Of a stretch of 64,000 nucleotides of DNA, positions 1 to 12,496 are shown one piece after another. Source of the stretch: Tubiluchus corallicola (lineage: Eukaryota > Animalia > Priapulida). Below the pieces are notes generated by a model, which was not told where the DNA came from, ran no database searches, and worked only from the letters and a program-made list of their open reading frames with translations. Every line of letters starts with the position of its first letter. Position 1 is the first letter of the stretch. The stretch is taken from assembly GCA_030141605.1 (NCBI GenBank), contig JAQGDQ010000541.1:83737-147736 (forward strand), given 5' to 3'. The translations under genes and the position numbers were made by a program.

Positions 1-185
1 TAGTAGGACTCCTACACTACTACACTAATTACGCTAACAATACAGTACTACTATAGTGACTAATTTAATGTAAGCAAATTACACTAGCAAGTGCTACCGC
101 TATCACTATAAAGAACTTGACTGTGAAATGAAAAGGTGACAAACAAGTAAACAAAAATATCGTAAATAATAGATGGTTTGTCACA
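1..185 (-). repeat. 3' LTR (partial)
   Basis: Direct repeat of 6891-7075, ending in gtcaca. On the minus strand it is preceded by the G-rich tract gtggggggatc (186-196). Confidence 0.93.
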
Positions 186-597
186 GATCCCCCCACAACG
201 GAAAAAGTGTGGACGAATGTTTAAAGAACAGAATCCCACTTTTAAAATTATTGAACAGTTAATTTTAACTACCAACCATTACAGTGGTGAAAATTAGCAA
301 GTAACGACTGTTACTAACTGAATACAAAGTTTTACTAAATAATACAGTCACACAAAAATGGCATATCAAAACTTAAATGGATCTTCAACACACTTGTAAA
401 AGAACATTTTACACAAACTAAAGCACACTGGATATTTGATTTAAAATAATGAAAAGAATACAACATTTGAAGAATACTATCATTCACATTCAGAGATGTT
501 GTCACACATGATTGCATAAAATAAAATGCTTTAAACAACAAGGTCATTTAGGAAGAAATCACATTCCTATCTTATTTTCATCTAAGGCAACTTGAAC

Positions 598-3500
598 TTA
601 GTGCCTACTCAGTGCGTCTGCACAATAATTTGTTTTTCCTTTGATATGCACTACAGTGAAAGTGTATTCTTGTAGCAGTAAATTCCATCTGGCTATTCGC
701 CTATTGGCGTTTTTCATCTGCTTTAAGTAAGCTAATGATTGTGCATCTGTGCGAATCACAAACTGCCTACCTACAAGATAGTACGACGATTTCTCAATAG
801 AGAAAATTATAGCCAAAAGTTCTTTTTCTACTGTTGAGTAGTTACATTCATATTTGGTTAGCTTCATACTCAAATAAGTGATTGGAACCTCTTGTCTATC
901 ATCAGACATTTGTGTAAGTTGGCCGCCTATTCCTGTTGCACTAGCATCAGTTGTCAAGAAAAAAGTCTTATCAAAATCTGGTGCATGTAACACTGTATTT
1001 GAGTTTAATGCATCTTTGAGTGTGGTAAAGCTCTGTTCACACTCTGCATTCCATAGTACAATGTTTGGTTTGTCTTTTTCTGTCAAAGTATGTAATGGTG
1101 TTGCTATTGCAGAGAAATTAGGAATAAAACGCCTATAGAAACCTACGAAACCCAAAAATGACCTGACCTGTTTTTTAGTTTCTGTTCTTTTATAGTTCTG
1201 AATAGCGAGGATTTTCTCTGGCTGAGGTTTCAAAAGATTTCCGCCAACAACATAGCCTAAGAAATGAGTTTCTTGGAGTGCGAAATTACACTTGAGTGGT
1301 TTGATTGTCAAACCTGCATTAGACAGACAAGTAAGAACTAGCTCGATATGATAGAGATGATCTTGCCAAGAACGACTGAAAATGATAACATCGTCTATGT
1401 AACCAGAAGCAAAACCAATTACTGGTTCTAAAACACGATCTACCAGACATTGAGCTGTTGCTGCAGAATTACACAACCCAAAGGGCATAACTTGAAACTC
1501 ATGTTTACCAAACTCTGTTACAAATGCCGTGATTGGCCTCGAATTTTCCTCAAGATTAACCTGCCAGTAATATTTTGTCATGTCCAAGCAAGTAATGAAC
1601 ATTGCTCCATGCAATTGATCAACTGTTTCATCCATCCTGGGGATAGGATAAGGATCAAAAACTGTAATTGAATTAATTTTCCTAAAATCAATACAAAATC
1701 GAATCGATTGATCACGTTTGATCACAATGACTGCAGGACTTGAAAAAGGACTATCTGACTTGACTATTACACCCAGCCTTTCCATGTCCATGATTTCTTG
1801 CCTCACACTTTCCTTTTGCGCCTGAGGAATTCTGTATGGCTTCTGCACAACAGGATTGTCAGTAGTTAACTGTATTTTATGTTCTACGACGTTTGTCCTA
1901 CCAGGAATGTCAGAAAAGGTTGGTGTAAACTTCTCCAGAGTAGTTCGTAATTCATTCTTCTGCTTATCTGTTAAGTAATCAGGGATTACTACATCTTGTG
2001 CAGGTGTAATAGAGGTAGGAGCAAAACAGTGGTCTTCCATTTGTGACCGTTGCATTGGTGACACACTTTCATGCTCAGGATCTAATTCCAATTCATCTTG
2101 ACCAGTAAATACGTCAAGTGTGGGAATTGTTTGCGTATAAAGGGCTTTTCTTTCTTCACGCGGTATCCAAGCTTTGAGCAAATTAATATGGAATTGCTTG
2201 ACCTGTCTGCTTTTACCTCCAATGATAACGGAGTACACATGTTCTGAGATTTTATCAGCAATCTCATACGGGCCTTTCCAGGTTCGTTCCATCTTTTTAC
2301 GAGATGTAGGCAATAAGACTAATACCTTCTGTCCTACTTCAAGATTTCGGTACCTAGCTTTCTGGTCATACCAGTCTTTTTGTCCGATTTTAGCTTTTCT
2401 CAAAGCTTCGTGTGCCTCTTGAGTTACCGTTTCTAATTTATCAATGATATTGGCAACATAATCATCAATGTCTTGGGGACTAGTAGGTTGGTCACAACCC
2501 CAACGTTTCCGAAGAAGAGCCATTGGACCAGTTACTTGGTGTCCATAAACCAACTCAAATGGGCTGTACTGCAGGGATTCTTGTGGTACCTCACGGTAAG
2601 CAAACAAAACAAATGGGATCAGATCATCCCATTCCATGGTTTTGTCACTCAGGGTAAGCTTTTTAATGGATCTTTTTAGACTTCCATTGAATCGCTCACA
2701 TAAGCCTTGAGATTGAGGATTATATGGAGTAGATGTAATCCCTTTGATGTGGAAAGCTTGTTCTAGTTGCCTTATGAGATTAGAACAAAATTGGGTGCCT
2801 TGGTCTGACTGGATTGACTCTGGGCATCCATGTCTACTAATAAATTGGAGTAAGCACTTGGCTATAGTCTCTGACTCAGTATTTTTGATAGGGAAAGCAT
2901 CAGGGTATCTGGTACCTTGATCCACAATTACCAGTGCCCACTTATTGCCACTCTTGGTTCTAGCCAGTGGACCAATAAGGTCAATTTGGAGGGACTGAAA
3001 AGCTTTTTCCACTACTGGAAGAGGTTTTAGCTTGGCTCTGTCTCCTTTCATGACTCTTGCTGTCTTTTGACATATTGGGCAGGATTGTATATACTTTTTA
3101 ATGGCAGTGTGTATTCCTGGCCAAGTATATTCGAACAATATCCTATCCCTTGTTTTCTTGACACCTAGATGCGCTCCAGCCTTTGAATCATGGGCTAGTT
3201 GTAGGACTTGCTGCCTTCTACACTGAGGAACAACAAGCAACTGATCAACTGTTTTCCCCATTTTTCGTTTATTAGCCCGATAAAGTATGCCTTGCTTTAG
3301 AAAATATCCTTTGCCATCTTGCACCGCAGTGTCTCCACTCACCACATGATCAAAAAGATTTTTTATGGTTACATCATTTTGCTGTTCTTCTATCAGCTGG
3401 TGTCGAGACACTATGGCAAACATGTAGTTTTCCTCTGCTGATGCATACTGCTTAATTTCGGAAGAAAATTCAATTTCTGACTTTACACTACTGGTTTCTT

Positions 3501-5418
3501 TGTTTAGTTGCTTTTTAAGCTCAACTGTTTGCGCTCGTGTCATAACCAATGACTTTTCTTTTTGATTTCTTTGAAAACTGTTATTTAGTGCTCGACCTTT
3601 ATAATCAGTCAAGGCATTACTACTTGGTTTCTGTACATCTTTGCCAAATTTAACAAAAGAAGGTACATGAGAAGTCTCATCCATACTACTAACATTCATA
3701 TGATGTTTCTCAGGAGCAACTTGTGCAGGTTGAGAAGTACTCTTTACATAATCAAATGGTTGTATGGATGTCAGGTAATTATTACCTAAACAAAAGTCGC
3801 AAGGGAGTCCTTTAATAACTGCTACCAGGAGCCAACCATTCAGTTTGTGACTACAAACAGGGACCCTAGCTAGAGGAATTCGACGAAGGTCGCCATGACA
3901 ACAGCGGATTCCAACAGTTTCTCCAAGATACTGTTCATTTTTTACAAATTCAGGACGTATAAGGCTATCGTCTGAGCCAGTATCCCGTAAGCCTACTGCT
4001 ATTCGACTGTTGATCATAACCTCAAACTCGTGATTTTCTTGTAATGCTCCATCTTGAGTATTTGAAAGTGTGAAATTTGGAGTAATGGTTCCCTCACTTT
4101 CGTTTTCACTATAGCATTGTTTCTTAAAATCACCTCTAGGTTTTTGCTTCTTGTTTGAGTCATTTTGAAAAGCTTGTGTGGACTCTTGCTTTTTCACTGG
4201 GCAGTCGAGCTTCACATGCCCTGTTTTCCCACAATGGTAACATTTAGGGCGAGCATTGCCCTGTGATTCATGATCCGAATCATTGTTTTTAGCATTGCCA
4301 CGTGTCCTTTTAGATGATTCATTTTTCTGCAAAACTGCTGCATCATTAAATGAGCTCCAATAGTTGTCTGCTTGCTCCGCTATTTGTAAGTATGACATGT
4401 GAGGTAGCCTACGAAGATAAGAAACCATGTCTTCTGGGAGCTTAGACAATGCTTGTTCAAGAAAGAAGAGATCTCCAATTTGCTCTTTGGATTCTGCATT
4501 CGCTGCTTTAAGCCATTGCATGCCCGCTTTACGCACTCTGTTAAAGTAACTTCTGTGCGTTTCCTTTTTCAGTTTACATATGTTTCTGAATGCCGTGCGA
4601 TATGCATCCTTCGACAATTTGTATGCATTCAAAATTTGCACCTTAACAACATCATAATTGAATATTTGAGACTGATTAACATCTTGCAAAGCTAAGGCAG
4701 CACGACCCGACAGAACTCTAGCCAAGTTAGGAACATACTGCGAAATTGGGACTTTGTTGACTCGCATACAGATTTCGAATTGATCTAAAAACGACAAAAT
4801 ATCTTCTGTTTTTTCATCAAAATTTCTGAATTTGATTATTGTGCTTTTGTCTTGTGTAGCATTTACTGTTGTTTGCAAATTGTTTACTACATTAGACGTC
4901 GTCTGCATTTGTAACTTCAGTTTTTCCAGCTCAATTTTTTGTGTTTCTAAAATCAGCTGTTGGTGTTTAATTTTTAGTTCCTGTTCTGATAATTTAATAT
5001 CAGGCTGCGCATGCGCATACATAGGCATTTGACCAGGTTCTTGAACTGCAAATGGATCCAATTCAGGCAAAGTAGGGGGTGCAGTTGATACAGTAGGTGA
5101 GCTAAAAGCCTTAAATTCTTTATTTGGGGCCGCTTTAGGAGTAGAACTTGCAACATCAGCCCTATCAAATTCTATTTGACCTGCAACACCTGTCGCTGCA
5201 TTTGCTGGCTTTGCTGAATTTAATAATGATTGCATATTTGACAGAGCAAAATCAAGTGGATCTGAAATTGAAATCTGTTGTGTTTCAAGAATTAATTGCA
5301 CAATGTTTTCTTTTCTGGCTTTTGGGTCTATAACCAAACCCATGTCACCTGCTATGTCAAATAATTCACCTTTGATCATTTTACGCAACTCTTCAGCTGT
5401 AAAAAGTTTACTAGCCAT
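598..5418 (-). CDS. Gag-Pol polyprotein (1606 aa): Gag with SCAN-like region and CCHC knuckle, aspartic protease, integrase, reverse transcriptase, RNase H
   Basis: CYHCGKTGHVKLDC (~4201-4242); LRDTGS (~3980); integrase H..H..CPIC, DLIGP, SDQG, ERFN and WKGPY (~2160-3200); RT YIDD (~1390-1401); RNase H TTDAS...EKE...TDA...ADALSR. Confidence 0.96.
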   Translation of the reverse strand: MASKLFTAEELRKMIKGELFDIAGDMGLVIDPKARKENIVQLILETQQISISDPLDFALSNMQSLLNSAKPANAATGVAGQIEFDRADVASSTPKAAPNKEFKAFSSPTVSTAPPTLPELDPFAVQEPGQMPMYAHAQPDIKLSEQELKIKHQQLILETQKIELEKLKLQMQTTSNVVNNLQTTVNATQDKSTIIKFRNFDEKTEDILSFLDQFEICMRVNKVPISQYVPNLARVLSGRAALALQDVNQSQIFNYDVVKVQILNAYKLSKDAYRTAFRNICKLKKETHRSYFNRVRKAGMQWLKAANAESKEQIGDLFFLEQALSKLPEDMVSYLRRLPHMSYLQIAEQADNYWSSFNDAAVLQKNESSKRTRGNAKNNDSDHESQGNARPKCYHCGKTGHVKLDCPVKKQESTQAFQNDSNKKQKPRGDFKKQCYSENESEGTITPNFTLSNTQDGALQENHEFEVMINSRIAVGLRDTGSDDSLIRPEFVKNEQYLGETVGIRCCHGDLRRIPLARVPVCSHKLNGWLLVAVIKGLPCDFCLGNNYLTSIQPFDYVKSTSQPAQVAPEKHHMNVSSMDETSHVPSFVKFGKDVQKPSSNALTDYKGRALNNSFQRNQKEKSLVMTRAQTVELKKQLNKETSSVKSEIEFSSEIKQYASAEENYMFAIVSRHQLIEEQQNDVTIKNLFDHVVSGDTAVQDGKGYFLKQGILYRANKRKMGKTVDQLLVVPQCRRQQVLQLAHDSKAGAHLGVKKTRDRILFEYTWPGIHTAIKKYIQSCPICQKTARVMKGDRAKLKPLPVVEKAFQSLQIDLIGPLARTKSGNKWALVIVDQGTRYPDAFPIKNTESETIAKCLLQFISRHGCPESIQSDQGTQFCSNLIRQLEQAFHIKGITSTPYNPQSQGLCERFNGSLKRSIKKLTLSDKTMEWDDLIPFVLFAYREVPQESLQYSPFELVYGHQVTGPMALLRKRWGCDQPTSPQDIDDYVANIIDKLETVTQEAHEALRKAKIGQKDWYDQKARYRNLEVGQKVLVLLPTSRKKMERTWKGPYEIADKISEHVYSVIIGGKSRQVKQFHINLLKAWIPREERKALYTQTIPTLDVFTGQDELELDPEHESVSPMQRSQMEDHCFAPTSITPAQDVVIPDYLTDKQKNELRTTLEKFTPTFSDIPGRTNVVEHKIQLTTDNPVVQKPYRIPQAQKESVRQEIMDMERLGVIVKSDSPFSSPAVIVIKRDQSIRFCIDFRKINSITVFDPYPIPRMDETVDQLHGAMFITCLDMTKYYWQVNLEENSRPITAFVTEFGKHEFQVMPFGLCNSAATAQCLVDRVLEPVIGFASGYIDDVIIFSRSWQDHLYHIELVLTCLSNAGLTIKPLKCNFALQETHFLGYVVGGNLLKPQPEKILAIQNYKRTETKKQVRSFLGFVGFYRRFIPNFSAIATPLHTLTEKDKPNIVLWNAECEQSFTTLKDALNSNTVLHAPDFDKTFFLTTDASATGIGGQLTQMSDDRQEVPITYLSMKLTKYECNYSTVEKELLAIIFSIEKSSYYLVGRQFVIRTDAQSLAYLKQMKNANRRIARWNLLLQEYTFTVVHIKGKTNYCADALSRH

Positions 5419-5879
5419 GCTGACGTAAATATTGCGTGATCAAAGGACCAAATATTCAAAGAAATGACTTCAAAGTTGTCAAAGTTATGTGCAAAAACTA
5501 ACAGCACTGTTCAGTTAACAACTAGACCAGTAAAAATGGGCATTAATGCTTATAAAGAGCAAATCAAAACTTCAATAAGTCAAGAAGTGAACACACGCCA
5601 CCAGGTAAATGTTACAACCATGCAAAGTGAATATCAACAATTTCTGTACAACATTATAATCACTATACTACAGGCTGATTTACTAATCTTTTCTGGGTCA
5701 AATTATTAATGCCAGCCAGTGAATAAAATTAATGCCAACGTGAAAAATACCAAGTTCATGTTTGCATCGGAATATAATTTCCGCAATAGGTTCAAGAAAA
5801 CTACTTGTTCAAAATGCCTCTCCCTAATTTAAAGGCTTATACAAGGCACAGAGTAAAAAGCAGTTATATAAGACCATAA

Positions 5880-5889
5880 GCTGCCACCA
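5880..5889 (-). other. Primer binding site (tRNA-Leu type)
   Basis: Minus strand reads TGGTGGCAGC 2 nt after the LTR end, complementary to the ...GCUGCCACCA 3' end of tRNA-Leu(AAG/TAG). Confidence 0.8.
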
Positions 5890-5891
5890 CT

Positions 5892-7075
5892 TGTGACGCC
5901 ATGTCTATAGGTTACGTACTCTGAGTCTCAATGTCTTGAAAAGCAGGCACGACCGCCCTATAAACGAGGTGTAACACGTGGTTCTGGGGTTCTATAGTGT
6001 TAGATAATTTACTACTAGAATCCTGGAGTCGGGCTAAGGCTTTGTTGTTTCATACGGGGGCACGCGGAACCCGAGCCTAGGAGTCTTAATGAGCTAGTAA
6101 TATTCGATGGTAGATAGAATACCAAACCAACTATTAAGCTGTATATAACAAAATTTAATTGATTACTACTTTAACCCGGAGAAAAGAAATAGCTAACAAT
6201 AACAATTAATCACAGTACAGCAAATATATTCTCTAGTCTAATAATAGAGAAGGGAGGTGTTAGTGGGGGTAGCACGTGCAAATGATGACGCACTCTCGAT
6301 GACGGCAATCCAACGATGACCATATAGAAACGGAATTATGCTAGCTAGCAAACACTGAGCAAAAGTACAAAAGTCTTGTCTTACCAGACACTCCATGAAC
6401 ATTGTGTGAAACTGCAGCTGCTAACCTGTGGGGTAACATCCATGGATTTACCAACTATGGTTTGCTCTACCAACAATGGACTGTCCACCATGAACTTTAG
6501 CGTGACTTCAGGTTTGAACGAATCCTCAGACAATGACGGTAACGGTAACCACCTCATCAAACCGAGACAACGTACTCGACAAAGACCCGTTAGCACTGTA
6601 AGCAATGGCTGTTGACAAAAGAAATAGTGACGTCTACTGCACTATAACATCGACGATGCTAATCGACATTTTTGACTGTCTTTTCACAGACATGTGAAAA
6701 TCAGACGATGGTCATTTTACGTGACCTAGGCCTTTCAACAACGGCCGACTGACTGCCAGGTTGCACGTCTCAGATTATATCTGTAACGTATGTATCATGT
6801 ACACTTCATACCTGTACGGGTTTCACACATTTGAAATAAGCCGCGAGTATTGCAGGTATTGCAGAACACAACCACATGACGAGGGGGTGTTAGTAGGACT
6901 CCTACACTACTACACTAATTACGCTAACAATACAGTACTACTATAGTGACTAATTTAATGTAAGCAAATTACACTAGCAAGTGCTACCGCTATCACTATA
7001 AAGAACTTGACTGTGAAATGAAAAGGTGACAAACAAGTAAACAAAAATATCGTAAATAATAGATGGTTTGTCACA
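5892..7075 (-). repeat. 5' LTR (1184 bp)
   Basis: TGTGAC/GTCACA termini; last 185 bp identical to 1-185; flanked externally by tata. Confidence 0.92.
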
Positions 7076-7114
7076 TATATCAGATTCTTTGGATGCATTG
7101 TAACGATTTATGAT

Positions 7115-7520
<406 letters not shown>

Positions 7521-7524
7521 GGAG

Positions 7525-8840
7525 ATTTGATTTGATTTAATTCTTTATTTCAAGCATAAGTTCATATTATAATTTACATATATACAACATACAACATAAT
7601 AAAAACAAAAAACTGATACAAACAAATCACACAAACTTAGGTAAGCATGAAAATTACAATAATACTCTCCACCATTGCTGTCTTATGTGCGATGTAAATT
7701 TAGCATTGCTTACCAAAATTTTCTGGCACATTATATGATCACTAGAATCAAATCTTTTCATTAAACTTAATACATCAGAATACATCACTAAAATGTCTCC
7801 AGGTAGACATGCAATGGAATGTATTACGGTAAGCATTAAATAGATATCTTTTAACATCAACAGAACAATAGCTGAATTTTCTAATAAGTTGGTTTGTACG
7901 ACAGTAGTATAAGGATCTTTGATTAACAATTTCAAGGTCATCTCGGTTATCATTTGAAATAATATGTCCCAAATATTTTCCATTATCACAGGCATTAAAA
8001 CATTATTATTTAGTTTGATGTTACCAAACGTAAAATTTCTCATGATGTTTGAATTAACAGACATAAGTTTAGTTTTAGCCACATTGGTTTTTATGTCATA
8101 CAGTTCAGCATACAATTTATACACATCTAGTAGTTGCTGTAGGGCCGTAATCGTTGTTGCTAACAAACAAACACCGTCAGCATACATCAGGTGGTTCATA
8201 TCATAACCATGTTCGAGACATTGCAATCAAGTTGGGTGGATGAAAGCTTAACACCTAGATCTTTAAAATAAAAATTAAAAAGAAAAGGTGACATCTTGCC
8301 ACCTTGGCGTACTCCATTTCCAATATTAAAAGTTGTAGACTGGCTATGCCCCCACCTGACAGACATGCTTTGTTGGGTGTAATAAAATGTGAGCAAGCGG
8401 ATTACAATACTCGGGATGGAAGTCCTTGTGAGTTTGGGAAAAAGCTTGAATAAATTAACCCTATCAAATGCGTTTGACGCGTCGATAAAAACAATGTGAA
8501 CAGAGCTATCACGACTAATGTAGTAGTCAATGATCTCCTTTAATGTGTTTATGCAAATTTCGGTGCCAAGTTTTTCTGCATAACCAAACTGATTAGGACT
8601 TGTTGGAATATACTGTTTGCATCTGTTAAGTAATAAAATTTCGAATATTTTGCTGGCAATAGAAGCTAGTGCAATTGGCCTTTTATCTTTTACTAGAGGA
8701 ATTAATATAGACATCATCAGCGATTCAGGAAGAAAGCCGTGAATCAAACAGGAGCTGAATAACAAGGATAAAAGAACCGGTAACATTGAGGAAGAATACT
8801 CAAAATGTTCGGCCTGTATACCAGATTTATTCAAAGTTAG
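7525..8840 (-). mobile_element. 5'-truncated degenerate LINE (RTEX-like) RT fragment
   Basis: ORFs 8196-8834, 7654-8226 and 7775-7972 carry NQFGY, FIDASNAFDRV, GVRQGG.MSP and YADG across frameshifts. The 3' end has AATAAA plus an (AAATC)n tail. Confidence 0.88.
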
Positions 8841-10430
8841 TGAGAGAGAGAGAAAGGAAGAGAGAAAGAGGGAGAGAGAGAGAGAGAGGCGAGATAAACG
8901 AATTAATAGTTAATAAGTGGTAGCAAAATTCTAAATTCTAATTATAATTACATGGCGAGATAATGTTTTACTATGACTCAAAGGCCAAATGCCACCGTGC
9001 TTATTCTCAAATGTAAAAGCTAAAATGAGTAAAATGAATAGATTTATGCATAAGCACTGCAATCGCTACAACTAATTAAACAACTTGAAACCTGTTCTTA
9101 AGAATTGAAGCCTAGTCACATATTTTAACGAAAATTTCGAAATTTCATAGCAAATTGTACGCTTGCTTTTGTAAAACTCAAAAAAACTGCTAATTCATTT
9201 AAAGTCCTTTTATGTGACAGGCACATAGAAATAATAACACTAATAATAATAACAGTAATGAACATACTGTCTGTAGCAGCTGCTATTTCATCCATGTTAG
9301 ATTTTCACGGCAAGTTTGTACAGTGTAATATTCTGGTAACACAATTAGTCCAGAGACTAGATCTGGAATGAAAATTAAAATTAGAAAAAAATATTGCACA
9401 ACGATCAAGTACATTTAAAATACAGGAACTGCCAAAAAATCTAAGCTAATTTGAAAACGGTATGCATTTCATAGTTTCTTTTCAATTCAAATTCGTTAGG
9501 CAACATATAGGCCTATAACTGTAATTAATTGAAAAGAGAAAATTGTATAAGTTTATGCTAAAGTTTCTAAGAACGATGATGTAACGTGTGCAATTTGTAC
9601 AACTTTATGTTAACAGTAGCGAGTCAAGCGAGATTTGTACAACAAGGAAATTCACACTGTCAAAACAACCAAATGACTATATGAGAAAGTCTGCAAAAAG
9701 GATGTAAAAGATCGGAAGTTTCTTGATGCACCTTTCGATTTTGCAATAACTATAGTAATAATTGATGTCCTTTATATTCCCACTCAAAATCCTGTTATAT
9801 TTTGCTATTTTTCTGTAACTAACATGCTGGACTTAGCTGCGTGCTGGTTGAAGTTGTACACATTCTTTTTGAAGACTTTTTCAAATGTTCGTTTTCGTGG
9901 TGAGAACTTTTTCTAGCATACAACAAATTCCTATTATTTATAACAAGATTTTAACCTAGAGATAAGGAAAGTAAAATGATAAACTCACTGGAGGTCACAT
10001 TACACCTGTAATTATAGGATATCAACTGATGATGAAACACTGCCATTCCGAAATGTATTGAAATATTTTATTAAAATTTTAACAGTGCAAAATGCATATC
10101 TTTATTTATGTTTTCCTCTAACTTTAACATTAACTGTAGCATTTTGGTTGGCCAGCTATAATGGATGAACCCTGGACTCCCTTGGACACTGGGAGTAGCA
10201 ATGACTGAATGTTCTAAGGCGTTTGTTAAATTGTTAAGTTTTTTTAACAATAATAATTTTTTAACAGTAAGAAGTTTTGGACGATAACTCATGCTTTTTG
10301 CGCACCGTGTCTGGTGTTACATGAGATTGTTGCAAAAAAGTAACTAATTAAATACATAAAAACATAAATACTATTGTAAAGTTGCTGCACTAACCTTTGA
10401 CCTGCTTAAAAACAGGCTTGCTGATAACTG

Positions 10431-10470
<40 letters not shown>

Positions 10471-11049
10471 CCCTCGCTCTCGAAGAGGCTCGATTTCGAT
10501 GTGTATCTTGATCTTAAAGCAGTAATTAAAGTGCTGGCGTCTGTATACTTCTTCATATTATAGGCTTTCTTTTAATCCGGTTGCTCAGTGTGCATGCGTC
10601 TGAGCATTTGTGCAGGTAATGAAGATTGCACGTGATAGAAACTACATCAAAATGATTCAGAAAACTACTGAAGCGAATTGGGCAAGTAATTGAATAGTGT
10701 GTAGCGGCCAGCTGGAAAGTCCTTAAAAACGCAACAATTTCTCCATTAAGCAATTGTATTTTTTACTTTGTTTCTATAATATGATTACACTGCAGACAGT
10801 AATTTAACAAACCAGAATCATTTTAGTAAATTAAGTCGCTAAAACTAGCATTAAAGCCGCGTCATCCAGGTCATCCATCCGTTTACTGTCCAGCTTCAGT
10901 GTTGGTCAATTTGATGCTAAATACACGCTAAATACACGCTACTTTTCTCGGCTTTAATTCTAGTATGTTAATATGTTAATTTTATGAGAAAAATGAAATT
11001 ATTTATCATTTAGTGGTAGGCCCAAAGTACAGAGTCCATTAGGCCCAAA

Positions 11050-11760
11050 CAATTTATTAATTTACTGAAATCAAACTGCAAACCAACTATGCAAATTACT
11101 GGGAGGAGACGCCGACAAAGAAACTGGTAAAAACGTTATGAAGTTACGAACTTCATAGAAGAATAATACTTATTGCTAATGAAAAATCCCATTAAAAGAG
11201 CAAACTTTACAAAGTTGCGTATTAGCTCACACAACCTCCTTACTGAGAAAGACCGCCACACCAAACCTAAAATCCCCCTTAACAACAGACTATGCCATCT
11301 TTGTAAAGATAAAAAAATTGATGACGAAAAGCATTTAGTTCTTGAATGTAACTACTATAAAGATTTAAGACATAGCCTGCTTTCTCATGTCAATGAAATT
11401 TCCCCAAACTTTGTTAATCTGACGGTAAAGGAAAAATTTATATTTCTAATGAAAGGAAATGAATATGAACTTGCAAATTTAATTTCAAACTATATTACAG
11501 ACTGTTTTAAAAGAAGAAAATAAAATCGTAGACACAGAAAATCACATTCAGTTGATACCAAAAGTACATTATAATTATATGATTTTTGTAAAGTGTAAAT
11601 ATTATTTACTGTTTAACCTCTATTGTATGTTTTACTGTTTCAATAATAATGACGATTATACCCAAGTGTTGGGATGCTTTGTGTGATGTGTGATTTTTTT
11701 TCATGTTCATTGCACTGTATAGTGTTTGTGCCGTTCGTCAATAAACTATAATCTATTTTT
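11050..11760 (+). mobile_element. LINE 3' fragment (C-terminal CCHC-type region)
   Basis: KLRISSHNL...RLCHLC..IDDEKHLVLEC..Y.DLR in ORF 11173-11523; AATAAA near 11740. Confidence 0.8.
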
Positions 11761-11885
11761 ATCAAGTAACCGAGTAGTTAATTAAATTTCACTTTATACA
11801 TGTAGCAAAATGTATGCATTATGCTCCTTGATTAAGCAAATAAAAACAGAAGAAAGAGAAGAGAATCATAGCGAGAAACCGTTCA

Positions 11886-12124
11886 AAGTTCTCATAAAGT
11901 TGAACATATGCTGCGTCTTAATTAATTGAGATAGTTAATCAGCTGTTTTCAGGTCACCTGCCGTTAATTCTGAAGTTCTCATAAAGCTGAACAAATGCTG
12001 CGTCTTAATTAATTGAGAAGGTTAATCAGCTGTTTTCAAGTCACCTGCCGTTAATTCTGAAGTTCTCATAAAGCTGAACAAATGTTTCGACTTAATTAAT
12101 TGAGATAGTTAATCAGCTGTTTTA
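11886..12124. repeat. 87-bp tandem repeat, ~2.7 copies
   Basis: aagttctcataaag... recurs at 11886, 11973 and 12060. Confidence 0.9.
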
Positions 12125-12480
12125 ACCTAGCCACTGGGGGAGGGGGGTCAAGCCAGCCCAACTCAGTGCCGGTCCCAAGCCCGGATAAATAGGGAGGGTT
12201 AGGGTCAGGAAGGGCATCCGCCTGTAAAAACTGCGCCAAAACCTTCTATGAATGAGTCGGTGAGACTTAAAGGGAAAGTCCACAAAGAAGTGGTCAGACC
12301 CGCTCTAATCTATGGGCTGGAAGCAGCTTCTCTAAAGACCGAAGAGAAGAAAATGGGTGTGGTGGAGATGAGGATGTTGAGATGAATGGTGGGAATAACA
12401 AGAAGAGATAAAATTAGAAATAATAATATCAGAGGAACAGTAAAAGTAGTGGAAGCCTCGCAAGATTGCAAGAAGAAGAA
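12125..12480 (+). mobile_element. Non-autonomous bipartite RTE derivative with 17-bp TSD
   Basis: gttaatcagctgtttta at 12108-12124 and 12481-12497. RTE 5'UTR-like motif (gccggtcccaagcccgg...aggaagggcatccg) is fused to RTE C-terminal coding (LKGKVHK.VVRPALIYG...EMRMLR*MVGITRRDKIRN) with an (AAG)n tail. Confidence 0.8.
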
Positions 12481-12496
12481 GTTAATCAGCTGTTTT

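Larger units (their letters stand above)
1..7075 (-). mobile_element. Gmr1-like Ty3/Gypsy LTR retrotransposon, full internal region, 3' LTR truncated by window start
   Basis: 1-185 is identical to 6891-7075 (LTR pair). The 5' LTR is bounded by tgtgac...gtcaca, with a PBS and a PPT-like tract next to the LTRs and a single gag-pol ORF between them. Confidence 0.95.

Noticed and set aside
186-597. env or extra ORF in the Gypsy element
   Set aside because: Only ~400 bp of AT-rich 3' UTR with short non-conserved ORFs.
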